Below are positions 1-11,056 of a stretch of 64,000 bases of DNA, piece after piece (within the stretch, counting starts at the first letter, position 1; each line of letters starts with the position of its first letter). Source of the stretch: Orbicella franksi (lineage: Eukaryota). Made by a program: the position numbers and the translations under genes. The notes beneath the pieces were generated by a model. The model was not told where the DNA came from and did no database searches. It saw only the letters and a list, made by a program, of their open reading frames with translations. Where the stretch lies: the NCBI GenBank assembly GCA_964199315.1, contig OZ116699.1:31062001-31126000 (forward strand). The letters are read 5' to 3'.

Positions 1-708
1 ATTCCCTGTAATTAGACGCATGGACAAGTCCCTTCCTGTAAAATAAACCTTTTTGTCAAAAAATTAGTCACCGGGACTTTTCCCTCAAACCGCTCCATGT
101 GAATTGCTTGTGGGAAAAGTCCTTGCAACCAGATTAAAAGAAACCAGTCAAAAATACGCATGATGGGCTCTAATTGAATTAGTCCTTACGAACTCTGTTT
201 CGAGATGGGGGTTCAAGGCTCGGTTCGGGAAGACGATAATTATGTTAGAAGCAGCTTAAGGTGTTACTACTTCGAGAATCCTGATAGAATTTTACCAAGA
301 GAAACTGATAACTCTGTCATCCGGAAATCAGAAAAAAACGGGCACTGAACAAATTAACAGACAATCTGCAGCAGCTTTTTGGGTTGATTTATTTCAGTGC
401 TGCATTGCTAATCAATTAATTCCGTTTCACTTTGGGAAAGCCAAAGACTGAAGCAATGATAGCTTTTGTCGCTAGTCTTAACTATGTTCCTGTTCAATTA
501 GTTCCGGCGTGTGACTTCTACAAGGGACTGGTCCCTGTAAACTGTTTCCTCGAGTAAACTCTTGAAGGGCCTTGTCCCGGCCTTGAGTGTACCGACCTTA
601 TGAAAGACTGGCAAATGAAGCCAGATAACATTGACGTTTAATTGGTTCTGGTTTCCACCGAGTCGCTTCGCGCCTAATCCTGTCTAGATAAAAAGGGAAT
701 GCGTTTGA

Positions 709-797
709 GCCAAGTGTCTTGACACATAATGACCTCGGCCATGGCTCGAATCCGGACCACTCGATCTGACGACGTCAAGCGCACTAACCATCAGTCC
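709..797. mobile_element. Degenerate tRNA-derived SINE fragment
   Basis: gtgtcttgacacataatgacctcggccatggctcgaatccggaccactcgatc...gcgcactaaccat resembles SINE fragments I recognise from anthozoan genomes and contains a decayed box-B-like motif; recognition only, no search run. Confidence 0.4.
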
Positions 798-2559
798 ATT
801 CCATTCTACGTTTCGGACCTGAGTCATCCTATTAAGAGTGTGTCATTGGGGTATAGCTCTAGTAAGTAAACAGCTAAAAAGGCCATTTAGTCAGTAAACT
901 GAAAAAATGGATTTAGTATGTAATCAGCAAAAAAGTAGATAAGTCAGTTAAATTCTATGATTTTATGACTTTTATGAGGAGGGGATGTAGACGGCCTCCG
1001 TTTGCAAATTCTCTTGCTGAAGCAAAACAAAATAATTTTTTAAAATTTTTGAAAATGAAATTTGAAAATAGAACATTTTGTTCACTGTATTGCATCACTA
1101 AAAGGAGTAGTTTTAGGTTGGTCAACCAATCACTACTCAATTCTCACTTTGGTTTGTTGTTGACACGAGGGACTTTTAAAACTATTGTTGTGTAGCAGGT
1201 AAAGTAGCAAGTATAGCGTGTGATCAAGCCAGTTTTGCAGCAGGTTTTACTATGATCTTCTTTTGAGAAGGCATTGGCATGGTTGTTTCTGTCGAGGTAA
1301 TCTTTTCGCGAGCACATGTACAATTGTGTGCGGTAACAATATACGAGGGTTTCCATAGCTGTCGCTTCCTCTTTCGTTCTCATGAATGTTTATGTATCTA
1401 AAAGGTTGCTTATTAAAATTACCTTAATTAACAAAACTCGAAAATTCGCAACAAAGATAGTAGAAACGCTATCCGTCAAACGGCTGTTACCACAGCTGTT
1501 TGACTCGTTGTTCTTTAGGAGATGAAGAAGTCAAGCTCGAGAAGGCAATCCGGTCAAGTTTTGTTTTGTTTGTATGCGATTAGAAATTTGCATTTTCGTA
1601 ATCTTTGGCTAGTTCTGCCCACTTCATTTTTGTCAGAACCAACTCAGTCAATGGCTATATATAGGAACTAAAACGTCCTTGGCAATCAGTTTACTGAACC
1701 ATACATGCCTCGAAACAGTAATTTTCTCTCTTAAGCCCGACGTTATTTTGAAAACGCATTAGCTTTCATCGGGACAATCATTTAGGCAAGTTATTAAGGA
1801 CATAAGCAAAAGCGTGTTATAGTCTTTAATTATCAACATATGAAGATTTCCATAGCTGTTCCTTCTTTTCGCATTCTCACGAGTGTTTGTTTATCTAAAA
1901 GGTTGCTTAAAATAAATTTAGCTTAGATCGACAACAAGATTGTGAAAACAGGAACCAGAGCTGAGTGTTTCCACAGCTGTTCAGAGGCGTCCAAAATTAG
2001 CGGGAAAAGAAGTGAGCCGGGCCGGGAGTAGCTAAACAGGAAGTTTTTCTTCTTCAGTAACTCCACAAAAAGTGTTTTCTTTCCATATTCTTTAACCGCT
2101 AGGTGATGATTTGTCAACTTTTCCTGACTGTTTGAACATTTAAAAGGCTACTTAACGTGCGTTTAAATAACTAAATTAAAATTAAAGCACGAGCCGTCAA
2201 TGGCCTTTACCAAAGTTTTAGAAATAAAGAGGTTCGGCACAAGCTTAAGATAGATTTTCGATCAGTTCTACTTTGCTTTTAGTCCGTGTTTGAAAATAAA
2301 ATAAAAATAAATCCGTCCCATGTAGTGCTGTCTGGTTTGTGTCGATGTAAGAGCTTCTTAACAGCAGTCGTTATCAACTCAACCATTATCTGTTAGTTCT
2401 AATGTAATTACTGACAGAATCAAAACCAACTTCTTCAGCGTCAGTGTGTATAGCGACTCGTTATTTTATTTCTGAAGGTTTCTTGCAAATGCGTTTTACT
2501 TCGTTTTCTTCATCAAAAGACGATGCCAGTGTGTTTTTGTCGAAGAAAATCTTTGACGT

Positions 2560-2706
2560 GAAGTTTATATGAAATTATTCATATATGAACTGCGGTTGTA
2601 GATGAAAGTGAACAATGATCATCGCAGTAAATTTTCCAATTTAAGCAATTGGAAAGAAGAAGCCCTGATTTTTTCAGGCTTCTACTTTCCAATTGCTTAA
2701 ATTGGA

Positions 2707-2737
<31 letters not shown>
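2560..2737. mobile_element. Fold-back insertion flanked by a 14-bp direct repeat
   Basis: AAAATCTTTGACGT occurs at 2546-2559 and 2738-2751; 2603-2738 is a near-perfect inverted repeat with ~65-bp arms. Confidence 0.7.
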
Positions 2738-3945
2738 AAAATCTTTGACGTAACCAAATTTGAAACGTTCCACTCGCGGAACACTCCAATGCAACTTCAT
2801 AAGTAAAATGACATATTCACATAATTTATACAGAGAGCTAAAAATGATGGTATAGATTTGAAATTGTGCACTTAAACCTATTAAAAGAAGCACTGAGCAG
2901 GTAACTGACCGCGTGAGTTAGACCGCATGCAAGAACTTTCGAGTTCAACTAGAAACTTTCGACAGACATAATAACGTTCTGCTTTCGATGTATTACAAAA
3001 ATCTCTAAAGCATAACTATACTTGGCCACTTAGGTTCTTTATTTTTTCCTGTAATGTTTCATCTGTGTCTCTCCACGTAATTAAAAAACAGACTTAAATT
3101 GTCCAGAATGGATTTTACATTTGAGATCTTTTGGTATTTTTACGTCTTGTATTTCTCTCTTATTAACTCATTTATGTGTTGTTCCTGATTAATAGTAGGC
3201 CTGATGGCTGGCTAGAAGGCAAGAAACGGTAATAAAGTTTTTAATTGATTGATTGATTTATTAAGTGTCATTCTCAGAGAAAACCGGGTAGGACCAAAAC
3301 ATCGAGGTCGGCCGTTTACCTTCATCTTTTCACAGTATAAAAGCTATCCGAAAAGATTAACAACTATAATATTTACCGAGGTAGGCGTTCGTTTTTCTTC
3401 GAGACATCACCACATCATGATTTTGGCCTCTCATGCAAGCGGTCTAAAATGGCCAAAATTTCGGGCAACTTTAGGTGAGCCTAGAAGATACTTCGCACAA
3501 ATTCCAGAAACTTCTATTTTCGCGCGATAGTATTTGTCCCCTTATTAGTTGACTGAGATATATTTGAAGTCTTCCGTATTAATTCTACGGTTTTCACGAG
3601 GTACCAAATATCACCGCCGAATCGTTAATCGGCGTGAACCAAATTTTAGCCATTTTCAGCGAGTCGTTTTTCAAAAGTGCGGCAGTTTATTTCCACAGAA
3701 AGACATTTTTCTGATGGTCTTTTACACTGTTATCAATATCCAGTGTAGTTAAAATTGGTATCTACGGGTAAACATTTCGAACTCGCCAAATCCTTACCAT
3801 TATTAAGGCTATATTTTCCCGTGAAAATTCTATTCTTTACGTCACGGTGCATGGAGAAGCAAAGTGGATCCTGAGTTCGCTGGTCTTATATGCTGTTGTG
3901 GAGAACAAAGCGCAAGTTAGTAGTGAGCAAAGTTTTACCCTAAAT

Positions 3946-5010
3946 TTAATTTAAGTTTTTAGTTCTGCGATAAGCAGGAAAGATCGATTTACGTGGAAAT
4001 ATCTCTGCTAATTCCGGTGAAGACCGAAGTAAATGAGCGTGTTTTTTGATCATCTTTTGGATATGTGGAAGTTGAGGATTATAGTCAGGCACTAACGGTA
4101 GCACTTTTTTGTTGGGCTTGATTCTTTTCTTGAGGAGTTCGGATCTCTCTATGTTAAAAGCTTTCTCAAATTGTGCATCAACTAAAACAGCGTTGTAATC
4201 TTGCATCTTAAGATATGCTTTGTACTCTTCGCTCCTTTTGACTAAAGATTCCTCTGTGGAACAATTACGCTTTATTCGCAACGCTACCCCATAGGGAATG
4301 GCTCGGTTACAATGAAAGGAATGCGAACTTGAAAAAGGCAAATGCAGGTGACTACCTATGGGCTTAGCATATAGATATCGGTGTAAATGAGGCCGTCCTG
4401 GAGGTGCAAAGTAAGGTCCAACATGTTTAAGCTACACTCGGAGCTCAAACTTGATAGTGGGATATAGAGAATTGATGTACTCGGTAAATTCCAGTAATTT
4501 AGGTACATCGTGAGTCCAAAGATCGAAAATGTCATCCCTATATCGCCACCACAACATAGGTCTAATTGCACCGCCAAATCTAGCTTTTTCATCAATGATT
4601 CCCATGGCCAGATCAGCATAACTACATGCATTCTTGGGACCCATAGCCATTTCATGTTTCTGAATAAAATTACAATTGGCAAATTGGCAATTGTTAGTCT
4701 GAAGACAAATCTCTACTACTTCAGTTATGCAGTCAGTAGATGAAAATTTATCGATCTCGAATGTAGTGCCATTCTAACGGCTGAAATGCCTAGATTATTG
4801 TCTATATTGGGAAACATCGCAACGACGTCCCAGAAGATTAGCAAACTCCTAGTGGGCAAGGGACCCTTTTCCCTGTTAAGATTTTGGATTTCGTTGATGA
4901 GATCTGTGGTATCCTTGACGAATGATGGTAACTTTTGCGCTAACTGCTTCAGGTAGAATTCAGTAAGGGCAGATAATCTTTCAATGGTAGTTTCGCAACA
5001 AGACGTAATC
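3946..5010 (-). mobile_element. Penelope-like element, degraded reverse transcriptase region
   Basis: Frameshifted ORF pieces 5021-4725, 4650-4432 and 4341-3946 carry PLE RT motifs: PSFVKDTTDL, WDVVAMFPNID, AMGPKNACSYADL, WRYRDDIF, IPYGVALRIKRNCS. Confidence 0.85.
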
Positions 5011-5019
5011 AAGCGACCC

Positions 5020-5340
5020 ATTTTGTGTTTGTTTTAGTCGCGTTGGACTGCGACTGCTCAAGTATATTTTGGAGGTTATCTTCCACAAAGAAACGCGTCT
5101 TTGGTTCCTCTTGTTTCTCGTACAAAGTCACTGCCTGGGCGAGACTTTCTTCTATATCATCCTTTGCCCAGTCGGTTAAAACGTCCTCTGAATTTCCACA
5201 AATTGCCGCCATTCTGATTTAAAAAAAAAGATAAGCGAGGGGAAAATCAAAGCCCTTGAACAAAGGCGTTTTCTAGCTCACAATACCATTCTTCGTAACA
5301 GGATCCGAAAAGAAAGGCCTTTGAATGGTTAATAACAAAA
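5020..5340 (-). mobile_element. Probable 5' end of a Crypton-like (DUF3504-type) element
   Basis: ORF 5212-5009 ends LQNILEQSQSNATKTNTKWV, resembling the N-terminal (K)NT..T.W motif of Crypton/ZMYM-related proteins; it is cut off where the PLE fragment begins. Confidence 0.45.
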
Positions 5341-5516
5341 TCCCAATTATCGGCCCCTGAACTCCAGTATTGTGTGCTTTACTCTCAACCCTGTAACAAA
5401 ATCCTTGATTGAGCCTTTGAACGATGGATCTTATGAATTATCTTAGGGAATAAAAAGCTAAAAACCTCTCTGACGACTGAAGGAGAAGAACACTTGTGGG
5501 TGATAAAAATGACGTG

Positions 5517-5710
5517 TTAATTGTATCTTATTCTATTCCTAGCGTTAAACTCTGATCTTTTATTCAAACCGTGAAGTTGAAGGGTGCAAAGTTGTGCACT
5601 CCAGAAAGCTACTCTTGTTAGCAGGCGATCGTCGATGTTATTGTGATCACTAAAACGGCAAATTTGTTCAATGATGACGAAATAAAAATCAGACAAGACA
5701 TGCATTTCTT
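5517..5710 (-). mobile_element. Penelope-like element, GIY-YIG endonuclease C-terminal fragment
   Basis: LLTRVAFWSAQLCTLQLHGLNKRSEF matches the typical PLE C-terminus (RE.YW..QL.TL.P.GLN.R). Confidence 0.75.
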
Positions 5711-5969
5711 AGTTAAAGTGTATCGCAACCTCTCAAGTGTTCTTCTTTGTGTTCATGGCTGATTTGTGGTTCCGAAATCGGACTTTAAACTCGTTAGTTG
5801 TGGATCCTACGTACTGGATATTACATACAAGTGATCAAATAAATTACGTTCTTAAATTTACAGTTTTCATTGTAATCTTTGTAGGACAGTTTGTAATTGT
5901 AATTGTGACAATTACAAAGTGTCCTACCAAGAAACAACCCCTGATGCACCGCGAACAAACCGCAGAAAC

Positions 5970-6200
5970 CGTCAAAGAAACACAACGTGGTTCAGTCCAC
6001 CATAGAGCAAAAATGTAGAAACGAAAGACGGGAAAAGCTTTCTTTCACTCGTCGACCAACACTTTCCTATGGGGAATCCACTCCATAAAATCTTTAACTG
6101 GAACACTCTAAAACTGAGCTATAGCTGTATGAGCAACGTCAAGACCGTAATCTCCAGCCTCAACAAGGCTGAACTTAACGACGAATTAAAATCCTCTGAT
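5970..6200 (+). mobile_element. Penelope-like element fragment (RT-endonuclease linker)
   Basis: The frame from 5970 reads [65 protein letters not shown], a classic PLE linker, with one stop. Confidence 0.8.
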
Positions 6201-6224
6201 GAAACGAAGCAGGTCTGTCCGAAG

Positions 6225-6480
6225 CGGCTCGTGTGAATTTCAGCTTTTTGAAACACTTCATTACTCGTGCAAATTAATTCCAAACTGAACTCGAAACCGT
6301 ATGATTACCTATACTGCTACTACTAATCATGACAATTACAATTTCCTCAAATGTGATTGGTGCATAAACTGGTGTATTTTGCTCTAATTAATCTGCAAAG
6401 TTGTAATCGGACTGCGTAATCGGACAGTTGGGTGTAATCGGACACCTTTAATCGGACAGTTACATTAGCCAATCATTTTA
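6225..6480. mobile_element. Non-autonomous repeat (MITE-like)
   Basis: 6225-6320 is the reverse complement of 25950-26030 (ggtaatcatacggtt.cgagttca.tttggaattaatttgcacgag...); internal aatcggac repeats. Confidence 0.55.
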
Positions 6481-6599
6481 AAAGTCCTCTCCACTAAATC
6501 CACCAATCACAACATTGATTACAGTCACTATAGCTGCCAATTCATTAGAGACTGACTTAGTAAATTTGTGAAGGTTTAGTTTCCAGTGACTGTTTTGAA

Positions 6600-8637
6600 T
6601 GAATGAATGAATGGAGGCAGATTGAACAAGGTTATGTGGAGACCTGCGAGCAGGTGCTGGGTAGGGCAAAGGCAAACAGGAAGGAGTGGATCAGCAAGGA
6701 GACTTGGGAGTTAATCGAGCAGCGAAAGGTGGCAAAAAACACCATAAACATGGCCAGAACAAGAAACCAGAAGAGAGAGGCAAGTAAAAGATATCAAGAG
6801 TTAAATAGGGAGGTGAAGAGGAGGTGTAGGAGAGACAAGAGGGCGTATGTGGAAGCAGAAGCTGAGAGAGCTGAGGAGGCTGGAAAGAGAGGTGATGCAA
6901 GGACTTTGTACGAGATCACTAGAGAGCTAAGTGGGAGGATCCAGAATACTTGTAAGCCAGTGAGAAATGAGGCAGGCGTGTTGCTCAGGACAGCAGAGGA
7001 GGAGATGCACCGGTGGAGGGAGCACTTTCAAACAGTGCTTAACCATGAGGAGCCGATCAACCCGCCAGAGGTGGAGCCAAATGACGAGCTTAACATCAGG
7101 ACAGGTCACGTTACACGTATTGAAATCAAGAATGCTATAAAGAAGTTAAAAAACGGGAAGGCTGCAGGATGTGACAATATTCCACCAGAGGCAATTAAGG
7201 CGGGAGGGGACACATCAGAGGAGGTTCTTCTGGGCCTCTGCAACAGGATATGGAATGAGGAGAAGATACCAGAGGAGTGGAGAAAAGGTCTGCTAATCAA
7301 GCTGCCCAAGAAAGGTGATTTGAGCTACTGTAAAAACTGGCGTGGCATTATGTTGCTGAACATGGCAAGTAAGGTGTTTTGCAGAGTGATCCTGGAGCGC
7401 ATCAAGATTGCGTTGGACGAAAAGCTGAGAGAGGAACAGGCGGGCTTTCGAGCAGGTCGAAGCTGCACGGATCAAATAGCAACACTGCGGATTATTATAG
7501 AACAGAGTATCGAGTGGCAGTCCTCCTTGTACATCAACTTTATCGATTTTGAGAAGGCCTTCGATAGTATCAGTAGAGATGTTTTGTGGAGGTTGTTGCG
7601 GCACTACGGGTTGCCTGACAAGATAGTCACCATCATCAGAGTTCTCTATGAGGGTTTCTCCGCACAGGTGGTACACAATGGACAGAAGACTCAACCATTG
7701 GATATGAGGACCGGGGTAAGACAAGGCTGCCTGCTATCTCCCTTGCTGTTTCTGGTCGCCCTGGATTGGGTGACGAGGACAGCCTTTGACAGGAAAAGAG
7801 GTATTCAGTGGACCTTTACGACATCATTAGAAGATCTTGACTTTGCCGATGATCTGGCCCTACTGTCGCACAGAATACAGGATATGAGGGATAAGACACG
7901 AGCCTTGGAGGTACAAAGTGCGAAGGTAGGCCTGAAGATCAATGCCACCAAGACAAAGCTGATGCGTATTGGTACCAAACGTGGTGATGTTGTGTCGGTA
8001 GCTGGGAAGCGGGTTGAGGAAGTGGATGAGTTCACATACCTTGGGAGCATTGTAAGCAAGAAGGGAGGCACTGACGAGGACATTCAGACACGAATTGGAA
8101 AGGCAAGTCAGGCATTTGCGATGCTGAGACCAATATGGCGATCCACGGCACTAACAACCAAGACCACGCTGAGAGTCTTTGGGACAAATGTGAAGGCGGT
8201 GCTCTTGTATGGTTCTGAAACTTGGAGACTGACCAAGGGATTGGAGCAGAAGTTGCAAGTGTTTATCAATACGAGCCTGAGGAACATCTTGCGGATTTGG
8301 TGGCCTAGAAAAATCAGCAACAAGGACCTTTGGAGTCAAACAGGGCAACGACCGATAGAGGAAGAGATAAGACAGAGAGCTTGGGGCTGGATCGGCCACA
8401 CACTGAGGAAACCAGATGGACACGTAGTCAAGAGGGCACTAGAGTGGAACCCACAGGGGAAGCGAAAGAGAGGGAGACCCCAAAACAGCTGGAGACGCAC
8501 GAGAATGGCAGAGTTGGCGGCGAAGCATGTTACGTGGAATGAGGCAAAAGGCACTGCACAAAATAGGGTTAGGTGGCGCGCGCTAGTTGAGGACCTATGT
8601 TCCACTTAGGAACGAAGAGGATTAACTAAGTAAGTAA
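6600..8637 (+). mobile_element. 5'-truncated RTE-clade non-LTR retrotransposon
   Basis: TSD GACTGTTTTGAA at 6588-6599 and 8638-8649; TAAC-TAAG-TAAG-TAA tail at 8623-8637; encloses the RT ORF. Confidence 0.92.
6603..8609 (+). CDS. RTE-type reverse transcriptase (ORF2 lacking the AP endonuclease), 668 aa uninterrupted
   Basis: Motifs NWRGIMLL, EQAGFR, FIDFEKAFDS, GVRQGCLLSPLLF, DFADD, FTYLGS and an RTE-type C-terminus (WNPQGKRKRGRP...RWRALV). Confidence 0.93.
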   Translation: MNEWRQIEQGYVETCEQVLGRAKANRKEWISKETWELIEQRKVAKNTINMARTRNQKREASKRYQELNREVKRRCRRDKRAYVEAEAERAEEAGKRGDARTLYEITRELSGRIQNTCKPVRNEAGVLLRTAEEEMHRWREHFQTVLNHEEPINPPEVEPNDELNIRTGHVTRIEIKNAIKKLKNGKAAGCDNIPPEAIKAGGDTSEEVLLGLCNRIWNEEKIPEEWRKGLLIKLPKKGDLSYCKNWRGIMLLNMASKVFCRVILERIKIALDEKLREEQAGFRAGRSCTDQIATLRIIIEQSIEWQSSLYINFIDFEKAFDSISRDVLWRLLRHYGLPDKIVTIIRVLYEGFSAQVVHNGQKTQPLDMRTGVRQGCLLSPLLFLVALDWVTRTAFDRKRGIQWTFTTSLEDLDFADDLALLSHRIQDMRDKTRALEVQSAKVGLKINATKTKLMRIGTKRGDVVSVAGKRVEEVDEFTYLGSIVSKKGGTDEDIQTRIGKASQAFAMLRPIWRSTALTTKTTLRVFGTNVKAVLLYGSETWRLTKGLEQKLQVFINTSLRNILRIWWPRKISNKDLWSQTGQRPIEEEIRQRAWGWIGHTLRKPDGHVVKRALEWNPQGKRKRGRPQNSWRRTRMAELAAKHVTWNEAKGTAQNRVRWRALVEDLCST

Positions 8638-8752
8638 GACTGTTTTGAAAGAAACTTAACGGCCATTTTGCAAGCTATTCCCATATTCTTAATTATGATA
8701 TTTAAAAATGACTATTAAAAGCTTTTTTTCAAATTGTGAGAAATTGTAATGG

Positions 8753-8908
8753 TTATGAAAATTGGTAACAGGACATCGGGTCGTCCAATTCCGTCTGTAA
8801 TCATACTCGTGATTAGCAAATCGGACTCCCGCTTCGCGGTCGTCCGATTTTGTTAATCACTCGTATGATTACAGATGGAATTGGACTCCTCTCAGTCCTA
8901 TTACCATT
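8753..8908. mobile_element. Palindromic MITE
   Basis: Arms tccaattccgtctgtaatcatactcgtgattagcaaatcggac and gtccgattttgttaatcactcgtatgattacagatggaattgga are near reverse complements. Confidence 0.7.
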
Positions 8909-8909
8909 G

Positions 8910-8943
<34 letters not shown>

Positions 8944-8979
8944 TTATGATGATGATGATGATGATAATGATAATAATAA
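8908..8979. repeat. (TAA)n/(TGA)n microsatellite
   Basis: Read directly from the sequence. Confidence 0.95.
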
Positions 8980-10354
8980 ACTTTAGTTATTGAGGATAGC
9001 ACACAACAGTGGTTTATATAAAATTGCTGATTTTCTTTCAGTTTTCATTTAGTTTCTAGTGTTAGTTGAGCTATAGAGATATAACTCAGTGTCTATTTTA
9101 ACAAACCTTGCACTTCAGGAAGAGAAAATATGAAATCTGCTCTAGGGCCAAAGCGGCCCATAGCTAGGTTTGGCAAACAGTTGAACTTAGTGTGACTCAG
9201 ATTAGTATGGAATCATATAACACTGCATTCCGTAAGTCGAATTATAATTTGGTTTCCAAGTATTCGTCGCAGTTCTATTGATCTCAGCATACAAAAAGAA
9301 CTATTTTTTTCCTTTAATACGTGGCAAACTGGCTCAAGATGAAAATGGGACCTCTTTTACTGTGTCCAAAGTTTACTATTTCTTTCATTGAAACCAAAAA
9401 AAAAAAATGACAATTTGATCTAAGCTAGCAATGAAATTACGTTTTTGCAGTATGATTACTAAAACTTGATTTCTAAGTTAATTATGATTTTACAAAGTTT
9501 GTTGTACTAAAAACTTGAGTCCAATTAACGTGAAACAAAGTGCTAAAGTTTAACTTGATTCATCTGACAACGCGCGCATATACAACTTTAAACATTTTGA
9601 TGAATGCCAATATATCAACAGACAATAGTACTAAAGAAAAAACATTTTTCATTTTTTTAATGCTTTACTACAAAATATATCCAAATCTACACGTCTCTAA
9701 GGAGTGAATATGAGAATTCAAAATGGAAATATATACGTTTAATTTTCCTCCCGCAGCTGGGTGCAAATTTGCAGCATCTTTGGATAAAAAACGTTGTCTG
9801 TTTACGTCTCTCCCCCCCCCCCCCCTACTGATAACATGCTTTTCTTTTTCCTACCATGGTGAAACCCTACTGAGAAGTACTTAAGCAACCTTAAGAAAAG
9901 TTTAATTTGATTTTCAGTCACAGTATGTTTACACAATATAACAATAGTAAAAAAATATTTCAGTTGCGTTTCATACATTATTAAAACACATGTCAGAGTG
10001 CAACGCGTTTGATGAAGTGAATACAAGATTTCAAAATGAAAGTTTCTTTTTGCCTTGCTGCAGTTTTTGTGTCTAAAATTTGTTTCGTTTGCTTTACGCA
10101 GCTTTGGTGTAATATCACATCATTTTGCAAAATTACTTTGGATCAAAAAGTTGTCTGTCTCGTCCCTTAGTGACAACCTGCTTTTCATTCTAGAAGCTTG
10201 CTATGTTCAAACCCTCGAGAGAAGTGCTAAAAACAAAATTATCTCCTTAGTTTCATTTGAGTTTCGGACACAGTACGCTAAGTAAAAAATATTTCTGTTA
10301 CGCTTCATACATTATTAAAACAGATGTGGTGCAACGCGTTTGATGGGCTTCAAA

Positions 10355-11022
10355 ATGAAACTTCCTCTTTTCCTTGCGTCAGTTTTTGTGTATAGAATTT
10401 TAACATCTCGAGTAATCGCTTTGGACGAGAACTCGCTGTCCCGACTTGTTCTGACTCGTTATCATCGCCGACTCAAAGGCTTCACTTTTAACACATTTCA
10501 CTCTGCTGGTCTGGTATCTTGTGCTTTGCAGTGTCAGAGAAACCCTCGGTGCGTTTCAACAAATTTTCGCGTAAATTCGACTCTTGAGGAAACAGACGGA
10601 ATTTGTGAGTTGAACGACAGAGGAGTTATGCTGCCTCAAGCTATCAAAGGAAGAGCGGAGCTTGTACATGACGAAGAAACAGTTTATTCTCAATTTTACG
10701 ACAGGAAGGTAAGACAATTGTGCTGCTATGATGTGCAAAACAAAACGATGCTTTGTGCTTACAAAGTATTGGCGAGTTTCCGCAACCACAGCGGCAAGGC
10801 CGAGGACAATTAAGCAAAATTGGAAGAAAAAACACTGCGACTTTAAGCGATTTAAGGCGATTTTAGGCGACTTCCGTCGTGAAAACAGAGCTTTTGGAAA
10901 GCGTTCTTCTGTTCGAAACTCCGCCTTTGAGTTTAAGTGTGGACGAAAAAAAAATTGGAAAACAGAGCTTTTCGAAACAATGACATCACGATAATCATGT
11001 GTTTTCCTACCGGAGTTTTCCT

Positions 11023-11056
<34 letters not shown>

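Noticed and set aside
1350-1925. Diverged ~80-bp repeat pair (1350-1425 and 1846-1925)
   Set aside because: Real but old and short; no termini or coding features to interpret.
6196-6230. CTGATGA...CGAAG possible hammerhead
   Set aside because: No helix II pairing; it lies at the end of a PLE coding fragment.
6691-8605. Multiple minus-strand and alternative-frame ORFs
   Set aside because: Shadows of the RTE reverse transcriptase ORF.
10340-10354. TTG/ATG start upstream of FReD copy 1 given in the ORF track
   Set aside because: ATG 10355 aligns with the copy 2 start (18181) and directly precedes the signal peptide.
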